DNA of 60,443 nt from assembly GCA_964347815.1 (NCBI GenBank), contig CAYGAJ010000001.1, forward strand, positions 1 to 60,443, given 5' to 3'. Under the pieces are notes generated by a model. That model was given only the letters and a program-made list of their open reading frames with translations. It was not told where the DNA came from and searched no databases. Each line of letters starts with the position of its first letter. The stretch's first letter is position 1. This DNA is from an uncultured Gemmatimonadota bacterium. GTDB lineage: Bacteria > Gemmatimonadota > Gemmatimonadetes > Palauibacterales > KS3-K002. Of this stretch, positions 25,829 through 34,287 are shown piece by piece. A program made the translations under genes and the position numbers.

Positions 25829-27310
25829 CTAAGGCTTTCGTATGTAGGTCTCGAAGAACCCCGGTCCGCGAGCGGAAACGGGCCGCGATCCGAGCCGGCC
25901 CGCTAGCGTCATCGTTCCTTGCATCTGCGCGAAGAAGACATCCGCGTCGGCGCCGAGCGCCAGGCGCGAGAGGCCGATACGTCGCAGGTCGATCACCGCG
26001 GTCAGCGAGTCGTCTCCACGGCGTGCGGTCCAGGTCACCCTCTCCGGGGCGGGCACGCTCTCGCCGCCGAAGACGACAGCCCGAGAACCGGAGTATTCGA
26101 GCCGATCGGGCTCAAGTACAGCGGTCACGCCCAAGGAGTCGACCGCGTAAACGAGGAAGCGGGCTCCACGTTGGCGCGCTTCATCGACCCCTGACCCGTG
26201 AACGCCCCCGTAGAGCACATCTACGTCGCTGGTGTGAGCGATGCCCCAGTCCCAGAGCACTCCGCCCCACGTTCCCCAGTTGTGATCGTGATAGGCGAGG
26301 GTCTGGTCGACGTCCCAACAGCGCCTGTCCCAGCAGATCGTCCCTTGCGCCCGCGCCCGCAGTGCCGGCACTACATAGCCGCTGACGAAAGAGCCGGAAG
26401 AGGCGAGCTCGGCCGGGGGAAAGTAGCGGTGCGGGGCCGGCTCCATCTCCAGGTCGACCCGGAGCCGCGAACGTCCTTCGAGGCTTGGAAGAACCGCCTG
26501 CACTCGATAACGAACCGGTTCGTCGAGCAGCTCGACCGTGTGAGAACCGAAGCGCAGGTCAGGAGAGGTTGTGGAAAACTCGATCGCGCTGGCCCGTAGC
26601 GTGTCGGCGAAGGAGCGGTGGCGCCCATCGGGCGTCCGCAGCCGTGCCAGCACCAGGCCTCCCCAGCGCTCGCTCGAGAGATCGCCGCCCAGGATATAGG
26701 AGAGGTACAGCCAGCGCTCCTCGCCGGGCCAGAGCAAGTTGAAGTAGTGCCATTCGGCCCAGGTCGAATCGCCCCGGACGCTCTGGGGCGGCAGATGGAA
26801 GCGGTCGATCTCGGAGTACAGCTCGTACGGGGTCGGGCGGAGCCAAAGGTGGTCGGCCTCGCTGTCGAGCCACTCACCGCTCGTGACCTCGGGCGCCGCG
26901 CCCAACGTTTGCGCCGTTGACGGGATCTGACCGCTGGCCCGGACGGCGAGTGCCGCGTCCGACCCGGAGCGCCGGACGTAGACGGCGCGACCGTCGATCC
27001 AGGGCGCGACGGCATCGACCGCGTCCGCCAGCCGGGGTCCGTCGAGTATCGAGCGGGCGACGAACCGGGCCTGCTCGAGACCGAAGAAGACGGCGCCGCC
27101 TGTCCTCAGCGTCTCGAGATCGACGCCGGCGGGCAGCACCGACACGTCGCCTCCACCCACCCACTTCTCGTCGCGTGACTGCGCGACCATCACCTCGCCG
27201 ATCGAGAGCAAGGCGAGCATGACCGCGACGCCCGACGCGTAGGCGCCCAGGAAGACGATCGAGCGGATCGGGTGCAGCGCGATATGACGAAGGACCAGGC
27301 GGCCGATCAT
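25829..27310 (-). CDS. Membrane-anchored periplasmic protein with CrtC/AttH-like (lipocalin-type) C-terminal region
   Basis: The N-terminus LRHIALHPIRSIVFLGAYASGVAVMLALLSIGE resembles TM1 of FtsX/MacB permeases, but no C-terminal FtsX helices follow. YHDHNWGTWGG is recalled as the CrtC/AttH DHxWG motif. ATGA-type overlap with the upstream ATPase gene. Confidence 0.55.
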   Translation of the reverse strand: MIGRLVLRHIALHPIRSIVFLGAYASGVAVMLALLSIGEVMVAQSRDEKWVGGGDVSVLPAGVDLETLRTGGAVFFGLEQARFVARSILDGPRLADAVDAVAPWIDGRAVYVRRSGSDAALAVRASGQIPSTAQTLGAAPEVTSGEWLDSEADHLWLRPTPYELYSEIDRFHLPPQSVRGDSTWAEWHYFNLLWPGEERWLYLSYILGGDLSSERWGGLVLARLRTPDGRHRSFADTLRASAIEFSTTSPDLRFGSHTVELLDEPVRYRVQAVLPSLEGRSRLRVDLEMEPAPHRYFPPAELASSGSFVSGYVVPALRARAQGTICWDRRCWDVDQTLAYHDHNWGTWGGVLWDWGIAHTSDVDVLYGGVHGSGVDEARQRGARFLVYAVDSLGVTAVLEPDRLEYSGSRAVVFGGESVPAPERVTWTARRGDDSLTAVIDLRRIGLSRLALGADADVFFAQMQGTMTLAGRLGSRPVSARGPGFFETYIRKP

Positions 27311-27993
27311 AGCGGATCCGAATTGGTGAGCCGGCCGTCGCGCATCTCTCGAACCACCGTCGCCGCTTTGGCCAGAGCGGTGTCGTGAGTGACGATCACC
27401 AGGGTCGTCCCGTCCTGGTTGAGTCGCTTGAACAACTCGGCGATCTCCGCCCCCGTGTCCCGGTCCAGTTCGCCGGTCGGCTCGTCCGCCAGGATGATGG
27501 CCGGCTCGTTGGCGAGCGCCCTCGCGATGGCGACCCTCTGCATCTCGCCCCCCGACAGCTGCCCCGGTCGATGGTCGACGCGGTGGCCGAGACCCACGTA
27601 CTCGAGCAGCTTACGCGCCCGGGCGCGGCGGTGCGGGCGCGGAGCACCGGCCTCGGCCATCGGCAGCTCGACGTTCTCGGCGGCGCTGAGCGCCGGAAGC
27701 AGATGAAAACGCTGAAACACGAATCCGACCCGTTCCAGGCGAAGCCGGGTCAGGCGCCGGTCGCTGAGCCCGCGGGTATCGTGTCCGAGAAGTTGCACGC
27801 TGCCGGATGTGGGGATGTCGATTCCGCCCAGCAAGTTGAGCAGCGTAGACTTTCCCGACCCGCTGGGGCCGACCACGACAACGTAGTCGGCGGCGCGAAT
27901 CGAGAGGTCGATGCCGCGTACGGCATGCACGCGCGTCGCCCCTCGCTGGTAGGCGCGGTGTAGGTCGTGTGCTTCGGCAACGATTTCGTTCAT
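27307..27993 (-). CDS. ABC transporter ATP-binding protein (MacB/LolD/AttE type)
   Basis: ATG at 27993 (MNEIVAEAHDL). Walker A GPSGSGKST, signature LSGGEMQRV, Walker B ILADEPTGELD. The longer 422-aa ORF is rejected. Confidence 0.9.
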   Translation of the reverse strand: MNEIVAEAHDLHRAYQRGATRVHAVRGIDLSIRAADYVVVVGPSGSGKSTLLNLLGGIDIPTSGSVQLLGHDTRGLSDRRLTRLRLERVGFVFQRFHLLPALSAAENVELPMAEAGAPRPHRRARARKLLEYVGLGHRVDHRPGQLSGGEMQRVAIARALANEPAIILADEPTGELDRDTGAEIAELFKRLNQDGTTLVIVTHDTALAKAATVVREMRDGRLTNSDPL

Positions 27994-29186
27994 TCGATCT
28001 CTTGCCTCAACACCAACGCGATGTTCACGCTCGCCGCCCGCCAGGCCGGATAGAGTCCGGCGAGCAGGCCGGTCGCCAGCAGCAGAGCCACTGAGAGGCC
28101 GGCGTCGAACGGTTCCAGGATGAAGAAAGACACGTCGAGCGGCAGTCCGGGGAACCGGGTCAGGATGCCGTCCAGGTAGCGAGCGACGATCAGGCCCACC
28201 CCGATACCCGCGGCGGTTCCCGACGTGGAGATGATCAATCCCTGCCAGGCGACCTGGGCCAGCATCCGGCCCCGTGTGACGCCCAGGGCGCGAAGCGCGG
28301 CGATCTCGCCCCAGCGCTCGTTCACCGAGAGGGTCAGCAGGGTGGCGACCAGCAAGAAGGCGACGCCCAGGCTGACCGTGCCCAGCACCAATGAGAGCTG
28401 CTGGAAGTAGGTCAGGCGGTCGCCCGCCGCCTCGATGATCTCGGGGATCGCGTACACATCGACGTAGCCCAGACGGTCCCGGTAGTCGCGGGCCACGGCG
28501 TAGGCGTCCGCGTCGCGGGCCACGCGCAAGGCGATCATCGCGGCCGGGCGCGAGAGGGTTCCGGCGAGGTTCCACAGATCTTCGAGCGTCAGGCCGATGG
28601 TGGCCGAGCCCTCGGCGGCGAACATGAACTCGGCCACCCCCACGACGCGGGCGCTGCGCTGGCGCCGCATCGCTCCCAGGGCGGCGTCCGGCTCGAGACC
28701 GATCTCGAGCGTGCTGCCGGGGCTCAACCCGAGATCGCTGGCCAGACGCGCATCGACGATCACCTCGCCGGCCGCTGCCGCCGGTCGACCCTCGAGTAGC
28801 CGCAGGGCCGGGGTCGTCCCCGCCGGCAGGCCGTAGCAGAAGGTTGCCTCCGGGCGACTCACCTCCTCGGGCGGCGCGACGTACACCGTGCGGGCCCAGA
28901 TCGGCGTTGCCTCGTCAATCCTGGGGTCGGCGCGCAGCAGCTCGGCCAGCGAATCGGAGCTGAGCAGTGCCGCCTCGGTCTCGAACGGCAGCACGCCTTT
29001 TGGAAGCACGCGAACCTGATAGCCGGTGGCTTCGAGCAGATCGGTCAGGCTGCGCTGCAGGCCCGCGGCGAGCATCACCATGTCGATGAGGACGGCGGCG
29101 GCCACCGTGACGGCGGCGATGAACAGGGCGAGTCGGCCGTGACGGCGAACCAGCGTGCGCCAGCCGATGACGAGGGCGTTGATCAT
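27990..29186 (-). CDS. FtsX-family ABC permease
   Basis: ATG at 29186 (MINALVIGWRTLVRRHGRLALFIAAV). Periplasmic domain followed by three C-terminal TM helices. 4-nt overlaps with both flanking genes. Confidence 0.85.
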   Translation of the reverse strand: MINALVIGWRTLVRRHGRLALFIAAVTVAAAVLIDMVMLAAGLQRSLTDLLEATGYQVRVLPKGVLPFETEAALLSSDSLAELLRADPRIDEATPIWARTVYVAPPEEVSRPEATFCYGLPAGTTPALRLLEGRPAAAAGEVIVDARLASDLGLSPGSTLEIGLEPDAALGAMRRQRSARVVGVAEFMFAAEGSATIGLTLEDLWNLAGTLSRPAAMIALRVARDADAYAVARDYRDRLGYVDVYAIPEIIEAAGDRLTYFQQLSLVLGTVSLGVAFLLVATLLTLSVNERWGEIAALRALGVTRGRMLAQVAWQGLIISTSGTAAGIGVGLIVARYLDGILTRFPGLPLDVSFFILEPFDAGLSVALLLATGLLAGLYPAWRAASVNIALVLRQEIE

Positions 29187-30157
29187 ATCTCGCGCAGGCG
29201 AGCCGAGCGGGTCCGCACCAACCCGAGCCCGGCCAGGACGCCGACGGCGACGCCTGTGGCGAGTCCGATGACGCTGACGAGCAGGACCAGGTCCGGCGTG
29301 ACCTTGGCGAAGGCGAGCGAGGTGTCGTAATGCTCGCGGAAATAAGCGTTGATCACGGCGGAGCCGAGCCACCCGAGTGCCAAGCCGAGCGCCGTGCCGA
29401 TCGCGGCCATGGCCAGCGTCTCGGCGAACATCCAGAGGAAGAGCGTGCGGCGTGAGATACCGACGTCGCGCATCGATGCTCCCTCGAGTCGCCGCTCCTC
29501 GATCTTGAGGACCACCAGGCACAACAGGAAGACGGCACTGCCGGTGATGGTGATTCCGGCCAGGGCGCGGTGGAATCGCGAGACGACGCGGAATGTCTCG
29601 GACGTCGCGTTGGCGACCATCTCGCTCGGTAAAGCATCGGCCCCGAACGCCAGGCGATCGATCTGGGCGATGACCGTCTGGCGATCGACACCCGGGCGCA
29701 GCCTGACGCTGAAGCGATCTACCCGGTCACCCGCCCCAAGAAGCTCCTGCAGGTCGGGGAGGTGGAAGATCGCGCGGTAGTCGCGCACCGTCACCGTCGC
29801 CGGGTCGGCCGGGCGTCGATAGGTGCCCACCACCACGAAGCCGCGCTCGCTGGTGTCGAGGCCCGAGACCCAGACCGTGTCCCCGATCTCCACCTGCAGA
29901 TCGCGGGCGGTACGGTTCTCGAGCAGCACCTCGGGCAGCGAAGCCTTAAGTGCGGGGCGCACCGGGCCGGCGGCGGCGAGCAGCAAGGAGAGCACGATGG
30001 CGGTGTGCACGCTCAAGGCTATCCGTCCACCTCGTGGGTGTAAAGGGACCGATCGCACCGGAACGGCGTTCGTGTCGGGCCGCCGGAGCGCTCGCGGTCG
30101 ACCGAATGAAAGGCCGTGCGGCTGGCTGTGAGCGCGCGCCGGCTTATCTTCGGGCAT
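29183..30157 (-). CDS. FtsX-family ABC permease (short; start uncertain)
   Basis: C-terminal FtsX helices (ITITGSAVFLLCLVVL...MFAETLAMAAIGTALGLALGWL...LVLLVSVIGLATGVAVGVLAG). The ATG at 30157 would overlap the divergent ATG at 30156. Alternative starts are GTG 30058, TTG 30016 and GTG 30010, the last two following AGGTGGA. Confidence 0.7.
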   Translation of the reverse strand: MPEDKPARAHSQPHGLSFGRPRALRRPDTNAVPVRSVPLHPRGGRIALSVHTAIVLSLLLAAAGPVRPALKASLPEVLLENRTARDLQVEIGDTVWVSGLDTSERGFVVVGTYRRPADPATVTVRDYRAIFHLPDLQELLGAGDRVDRFSVRLRPGVDRQTVIAQIDRLAFGADALPSEMVANATSETFRVVSRFHRALAGITITGSAVFLLCLVVLKIEERRLEGASMRDVGISRRTLFLWMFAETLAMAAIGTALGLALGWLGSAVINAYFREHYDTSLAFAKVTPDLVLLVSVIGLATGVAVGVLAGLGLVRTRSARLREI

Positions 30158-30842
30158 GGCCCCCCCCAAACTCTCGACCCTGATTCTCGCCGGCGTCGCC
30201 ACGCTGTTCGTTGCGCTCGTGGTCGGCCTGGTCGCCCGTAGCCTCATCCGCCCCGAGCTTGAGGTGTTCCTGCCAAGCCCGGCCGCCCCGGAAGAGGTGG
30301 GAGAGGGCGTGGTCGGGCCGCGGCTCTACACCGTGGACGCGCGCTCGCACGACGAGTGGGTCTATTTCGACTTCTCTCGTGGCTCGGTTGTGCCGGTCGA
30401 CTCGCGGCGGTCCCTCGACTGGGACATCGCCTTCCAGCGCCACCGGATGATCACGAACGGGGGCGCCACGAATCCGCTGGGTCGTGCGGGTGTGTCTCCC
30501 TTGGGTTCGGCCGTCATCGAGTCGGCGCTCGGGCTGCCGGAGGCGGGCTACGTGGCCGATGAGCGCCGTGGCGACACGCCCCGCAACCGGGTGCTCGAGG
30601 ACTGGTACGACTACAGCTGGACCTCGCACGTTTTGCAGCCGGCCGACCGCGCCTTCGCCGTCCGCACGGCGGACGGCAAGTATGCCGTCGTGCGCTTTCA
30701 GGGCTACTACTGTCCGGGGGGACGGCCCGGCTGCGTAGCTTTCCGATATCGCTACCGCGGCGACGGCGGACGAACCTTCCCGGAGCTACGGCCCCGTTCG
30801 GCGGGATCGTCAGAGTCGGAGGACGCTAGGGAGAGCCGCTGA
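30156..30842 (+). CDS. HmuY-like membrane-anchored protein
   Basis: N-terminal TM anchor. WVYFDFSRG...SLDWDIAFQRHRMITNGG and YAVVRFQGYY are recalled as HmuY-family features. Confidence 0.5.
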   Translation: MAPPKLSTLILAGVATLFVALVVGLVARSLIRPELEVFLPSPAAPEEVGEGVVGPRLYTVDARSHDEWVYFDFSRGSVVPVDSRRSLDWDIAFQRHRMITNGGATNPLGRAGVSPLGSAVIESALGLPEAGYVADERRGDTPRNRVLEDWYDYSWTSHVLQPADRAFAVRTADGKYAVVRFQGYYCPGGRPGCVAFRYRYRGDGGRTFPELRPRSAGSSESEDARESR

Positions 30843-33759
30843 TCGTTGGGGTCAGTGCCATCTCATCGAGGAAGAGGCTCCCTCCCGACTCGCGGCCGTG
30901 GCGCCGGACCGTGCGGGTGAGGACCAGGCGGTCCTTCGCGCGCGTCATCCCTACGTAGAGCAGGCGGCGCGACTCGTCGATCTCATCTCGGCGGTTGTCG
31001 ACGACGGCGTAGTAGCCGGGGATCTGCATGTCTTCCACGCCGACGAGATAGACGCGTGAGAACTCGAGACCCTTGGTCGAGTGTAGGGTCAACAGGTTCA
31101 CGCGGTGCGGGTCGGCCTCGACGCCCTCCGAGGTCGAGAGTGCCACACGCTCGAGCAGCCGGCGAACGGACTCGCCCAGCTCCTCCGCCCGGCTGGCTTC
31201 GATGAGGGTCCGAAGACGGGCCACCGCGGCCGGATAACGCTCGGCGGGTCGGCGCTCGGTCCTGATCTTCTCCATCAGCTGACGGCCGCCGAGCCGGGCG
31301 ATCAGCTCTTCCAGATCCGGGGCCGGGCCGGGGGTTCGATCCCGCTCCCCCCCATAGAACTCGAGGCAGTCGCTGTAGCGTCCCAGAGCGAAGGAGACGG
31401 CCAGTTCCAGCAGTAGCTGGTCCTCGGCCTGCAGACGGCCCGGCGGTTCCAGCGCCAGCCCGATAGCCAGATGGTCGAGGAGGTTGATGAGAGCCGCCTT
31501 GCGGGCGCGGGCGCGCTTGTGTTGGCCGAGGACCTGGAACACGTGAGCGAGGGTCACGGCATCGTCCAGGGCGTGATGGGCGACGCCGGCGTCGATGTGG
31601 AAACGCGTCGCCAAGTCTTCCAGGCGGGCGCTCTCGTGAAAGAGCGAGCGGGCTAGGGGCAGGGTATCGTAAAAGATCATGTCGTCGACGTTCGCGAAGC
31701 GCTCGACGTTGCGCCGAAGCACGGGCACGTCGAAGCCGTGGCCGTTGTGGGCGACCATGACGTGGCCGTCGACGAACTCGAAAAAGCGCGGCCACACCTC
31801 TTCGAGGCTCGGGGCTCCCTGCAGGTCCTGCTGTGTATAGCCGTGTTTTTCTGTCGCCTTGAGCGAGATCGGCTTGTGGCAGCTCACGAACGAACGGAAC
31901 GTGTCCACCACCACCCCGCCGCTCACTTTGGCGGCGCCGAGTTCGATGATCTCGCAGCTGCCGGGGTCCAGGTCGGTGGTCTCGATGTCGAAGGTCACGT
32001 AGTCCTGCAGCACGTCACGAAAGCTGCGGGCCTGAATGAGCTGGAGCGCTTTGAACAGGGTGGTGGCCAGCGGTCGTCCGGTTTGCGAATCGGTGCCGAG
32101 GACCAGGTCCCCGGGGCGCGGCTCGACCGCGGTCGTCAGGTATTCGCAGGCCGCCGGCAATTCCACGGCCTGGAGCATCCCACGGGCCGCGACCTCGATC
32201 CCGCCCAGCGGCGCGAGATACACCGACCCTCCGTTCGCCACCACCGCGGTCAGACGATCGGCAAGCTGGCGGGCTGCCGGAGCCACCTCGGGGTCTTCCA
32301 GCTCGTCGTGCCGTTCCTCGAGGCGGTTCTCATAACGCTTGATGCGTTGCGAGAGCAGCTCGTCGATGAGGCCGGTCAGGGTGGAGTGCGACTCGTAGAC
32401 GGCCCGCAAGTTCTCGACGTGATACACGAAGCGCCAGGCTTTCTTGCTGTCCGGGTGTCCTTTCGGGTGCCGCCGGGCGTAGGCGCGCATCGCGCCCAGC
32501 AGGTCGCCGCCGCGGCCGGCGGCTATCGTCCGAACCTCGGCCATCAACTCGCGCGGCAATAACCGCTCGGCGAATGCCTCCAACGCCAGCGGTTCGTCGG
32601 GCGTCGTCATCACGCGCAAGGAGGCGACGACGTAGGCGATCACCGGGTCGTCGAGCAGTGCGCGGCCGCGCGCCAGGCGGCAGGGGACGCCGGCCGCGAC
32701 GAAGCGTTTTTCCAGCTCGCGTCCGATCTGGTGCTTTCGGTACAGGACGGCGTAGTCGCCCCAGCCGCAGCCGCTGGACTCACGATCGGCGACGATGCTC
32801 TCGAGCAGCCAGTCCGCTTCGGCGGTCTCGTCGTCGAAGTTGTAGCACTCGACCTTGAACTCCGATTCGCGCTCCGCCTCGATCTTCTTGACGAACAGCT
32901 CGGGGTTCTCCCGCATCAGTCGCCGGGCCACCTCGAAGATCTGGCGGCTGCAGCGGCAGTTGCGGTCGAGGATGATGGGATCCTCCACTTCAAAGTCCGT
33001 CCGATACTGCCAGAGGATGCGCGGGTCCGAGCCGCGCCAGGAGAAGATCGACTGTTCGTCGTCGCCCACCGCGAAGATGTTCCGGTGTTCTTGTACTAGA
33101 CGCTTGAGGATTCGGTACTGTGCGGCGTCCAGGTCCTGTGCCTCGTCCACCAGCAGGTAGCCCCAGCGTGCGGCCACCGCCTCCGCTATCGGAGGGTGAT
33201 CGCGGAACAGCCGGTCGGTGAGCGCGATGATGTCGTCGAAGTCCACCAGGTTCTTCTGGCGTAGCATCGACAGGTAGCTGTCGAGAAGCGCATCGTCGCC
33301 CTCGGTGAGCCTATAGCCCTGCAGCCGGTTACGGCCGAAGAGGGTGAGCAGGGGGCCGTGTCGCTTGGCCGGCCGCACGCCCAGACGCCGCAAGATCAGG
33401 CGCTGGTATTGCTCGTCGGCCACCCCGAATCCGCGACGCAGACCGACCGGCTCCGGGTGCTCGCGTAGGATGTTCAGGCAAAGCGAGTGCAGCGTCCCGC
33501 GGGTCACGCGGTCGGCGCGATCGCCCAGCCGGCGGTGCAGTCGGGCCGTGACCTCTTCCGCCGCCTTGTTGGTGAAGGTGACCGCGCAGATGCGCTCGGG
33601 CGCGAAGCCTTTCTCCTCGATCAGGTACTCGACGCGGCGGATCAGGCAGAACGTCTTGCCGGCGCCGGGGCCGGCGAGGACGAGCGTCGGTCCCAGCGGC
33701 GCTTCGATGGCGGCCCGCTGCTGGGGGAACGGTGTCAGCGCTTCCGGGCTTGACGTCAT
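30826..33759 (-). CDS. UvrD/Rep/PcrA-family helicase with an inserted DEDDh (DnaQ-like) 3'-5' exonuclease domain (977 aa)
   Basis: Helicase motifs AGPGAGKT (I), TFTNKAA (Ia), LLVDEAQD (II), VGDDEQSIFSWRG (III), LHSTKGLEF (V), LYVGMTRAKDRL (VI). The exonuclease lies between motifs IV and V: FDIETTDL (Exo I), VAHNGHGFDVPVL (Exo II), HHALDDA (Exo III). Confidence 0.9.
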   Translation of the reverse strand: MTSSPEALTPFPQQRAAIEAPLGPTLVLAGPGAGKTFCLIRRVEYLIEEKGFAPERICAVTFTNKAAEEVTARLHRRLGDRADRVTRGTLHSLCLNILREHPEPVGLRRGFGVADEQYQRLILRRLGVRPAKRHGPLLTLFGRNRLQGYRLTEGDDALLDSYLSMLRQKNLVDFDDIIALTDRLFRDHPPIAEAVAARWGYLLVDEAQDLDAAQYRILKRLVQEHRNIFAVGDDEQSIFSWRGSDPRILWQYRTDFEVEDPIILDRNCRCSRQIFEVARRLMRENPELFVKKIEAERESEFKVECYNFDDETAEADWLLESIVADRESSGCGWGDYAVLYRKHQIGRELEKRFVAAGVPCRLARGRALLDDPVIAYVVASLRVMTTPDEPLALEAFAERLLPRELMAEVRTIAAGRGGDLLGAMRAYARRHPKGHPDSKKAWRFVYHVENLRAVYESHSTLTGLIDELLSQRIKRYENRLEERHDELEDPEVAPAARQLADRLTAVVANGGSVYLAPLGGIEVAARGMLQAVELPAACEYLTTAVEPRPGDLVLGTDSQTGRPLATTLFKALQLIQARSFRDVLQDYVTFDIETTDLDPGSCEIIELGAAKVSGGVVVDTFRSFVSCHKPISLKATEKHGYTQQDLQGAPSLEEVWPRFFEFVDGHVMVAHNGHGFDVPVLRRNVERFANVDDMIFYDTLPLARSLFHESARLEDLATRFHIDAGVAHHALDDAVTLAHVFQVLGQHKRARARKAALINLLDHLAIGLALEPPGRLQAEDQLLLELAVSFALGRYSDCLEFYGGERDRTPGPAPDLEELIARLGGRQLMEKIRTERRPAERYPAAVARLRTLIEASRAEELGESVRRLLERVALSTSEGVEADPHRVNLLTLHSTKGLEFSRVYLVGVEDMQIPGYYAVVDNRRDEIDESRRLLYVGMTRAKDRLVLTRTVRRHGRESGGSLFLDEMALTPTISGSP

Positions 33760-33831
33760 GACGGGCTTCGGGCCACACTCAGCGCGAGTTCACATTTGGT
33801 GACTTCAGCGGCCCTGGACAGGAGAGCCACC

Positions 33832-34104
33832 ATGGCGACGATCAAGGTTTACACCACCCCGACTTGACCCTACTGCAAGATGGTCAAGGATTGGCTATCA
33901 GAACACGGTTGCGAGTTCGACGAAGCCGACATCAGCAAAGACGTATTCGAACTGCGGGAGTGGCGCAAGCTGACCGGCGGTGTGGGGGTGCCGGTCGTTG
34001 CCCATGGCAACGACTTCATCATCGGATTCAACCCCGAGCGCCTCGAGATGCTCCTCGACTGCTGCAAGCACACGAGCCCCGTCGAGCTTCCCGAGGGTGG
34101 CTAG
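33832..34104 (+). CDS. Glutaredoxin-like protein (YruB/NrdH-type fold) with in-frame TGA at the first active-site Cys; putative selenoprotein (90 aa)
   Basis: GGAGAG lies 5 nt before ATG 33832. Translation reads MATIKVYTTPT-TGA(33865-33867)-PYCKMVKDWLSEHGCEFDEADISKD...GVGVPVVAHGNDFIIGFNPERLEMLL. The TGA sits exactly where CPYC has its first Cys. The ORF track reports only the truncated 33880-34104 piece. Confidence 0.65.
33879..33899 (+). promoter_or_regulatory. SECIS-like hairpin downstream of the in-frame TGA
   Basis: GAUGGUC (33879-33885) pairs with GGCUAUC (33893-33899): 7 bp including two G-U pairs. The loop is AAGGAUU. The stem starts 11 nt after the UGA. Confidence 0.45.
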
Positions 34105-34287
34105 CCGGCCGCGTGCTGGCGCGCCGGGCGGGCCGGCAGCCGCAGCGATCGTTCGCCGCCGGCTGTCGCAATGCGTATCATCCAGGGGCAGGTGGTTTCC
34201 CACGCCGCTGAGCACAGGCCCGGCGCATGACGTCGGGGCGATGACCTGGCGCTCATCCACGCCGGACGGCCGGAGAAGGAGTCGGTC

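Noticed and set aside
30155-30158. Overlapping divergent start codons (minus-strand ATG ending at 30157, plus-strand ATG at 30156), considered as a real feature.
   Set aside because: This is more likely a start-codon mis-assignment for the short FtsX permease, which has alternatives at GTG 30058, TTG 30016 and GTG 30010. It is noted but not treated as biology.
33864-34211. The 115-aa + strand ORF (33864-34211) and the 191-aa minus-strand ORF (33898-34473) overlapping the glutaredoxin-like gene.
   Set aside because: Both are Arg-rich shadow frames. The glutaredoxin frame has a clear fold signature (beta1, CxxC position, GVPVV...GF.PE.L).
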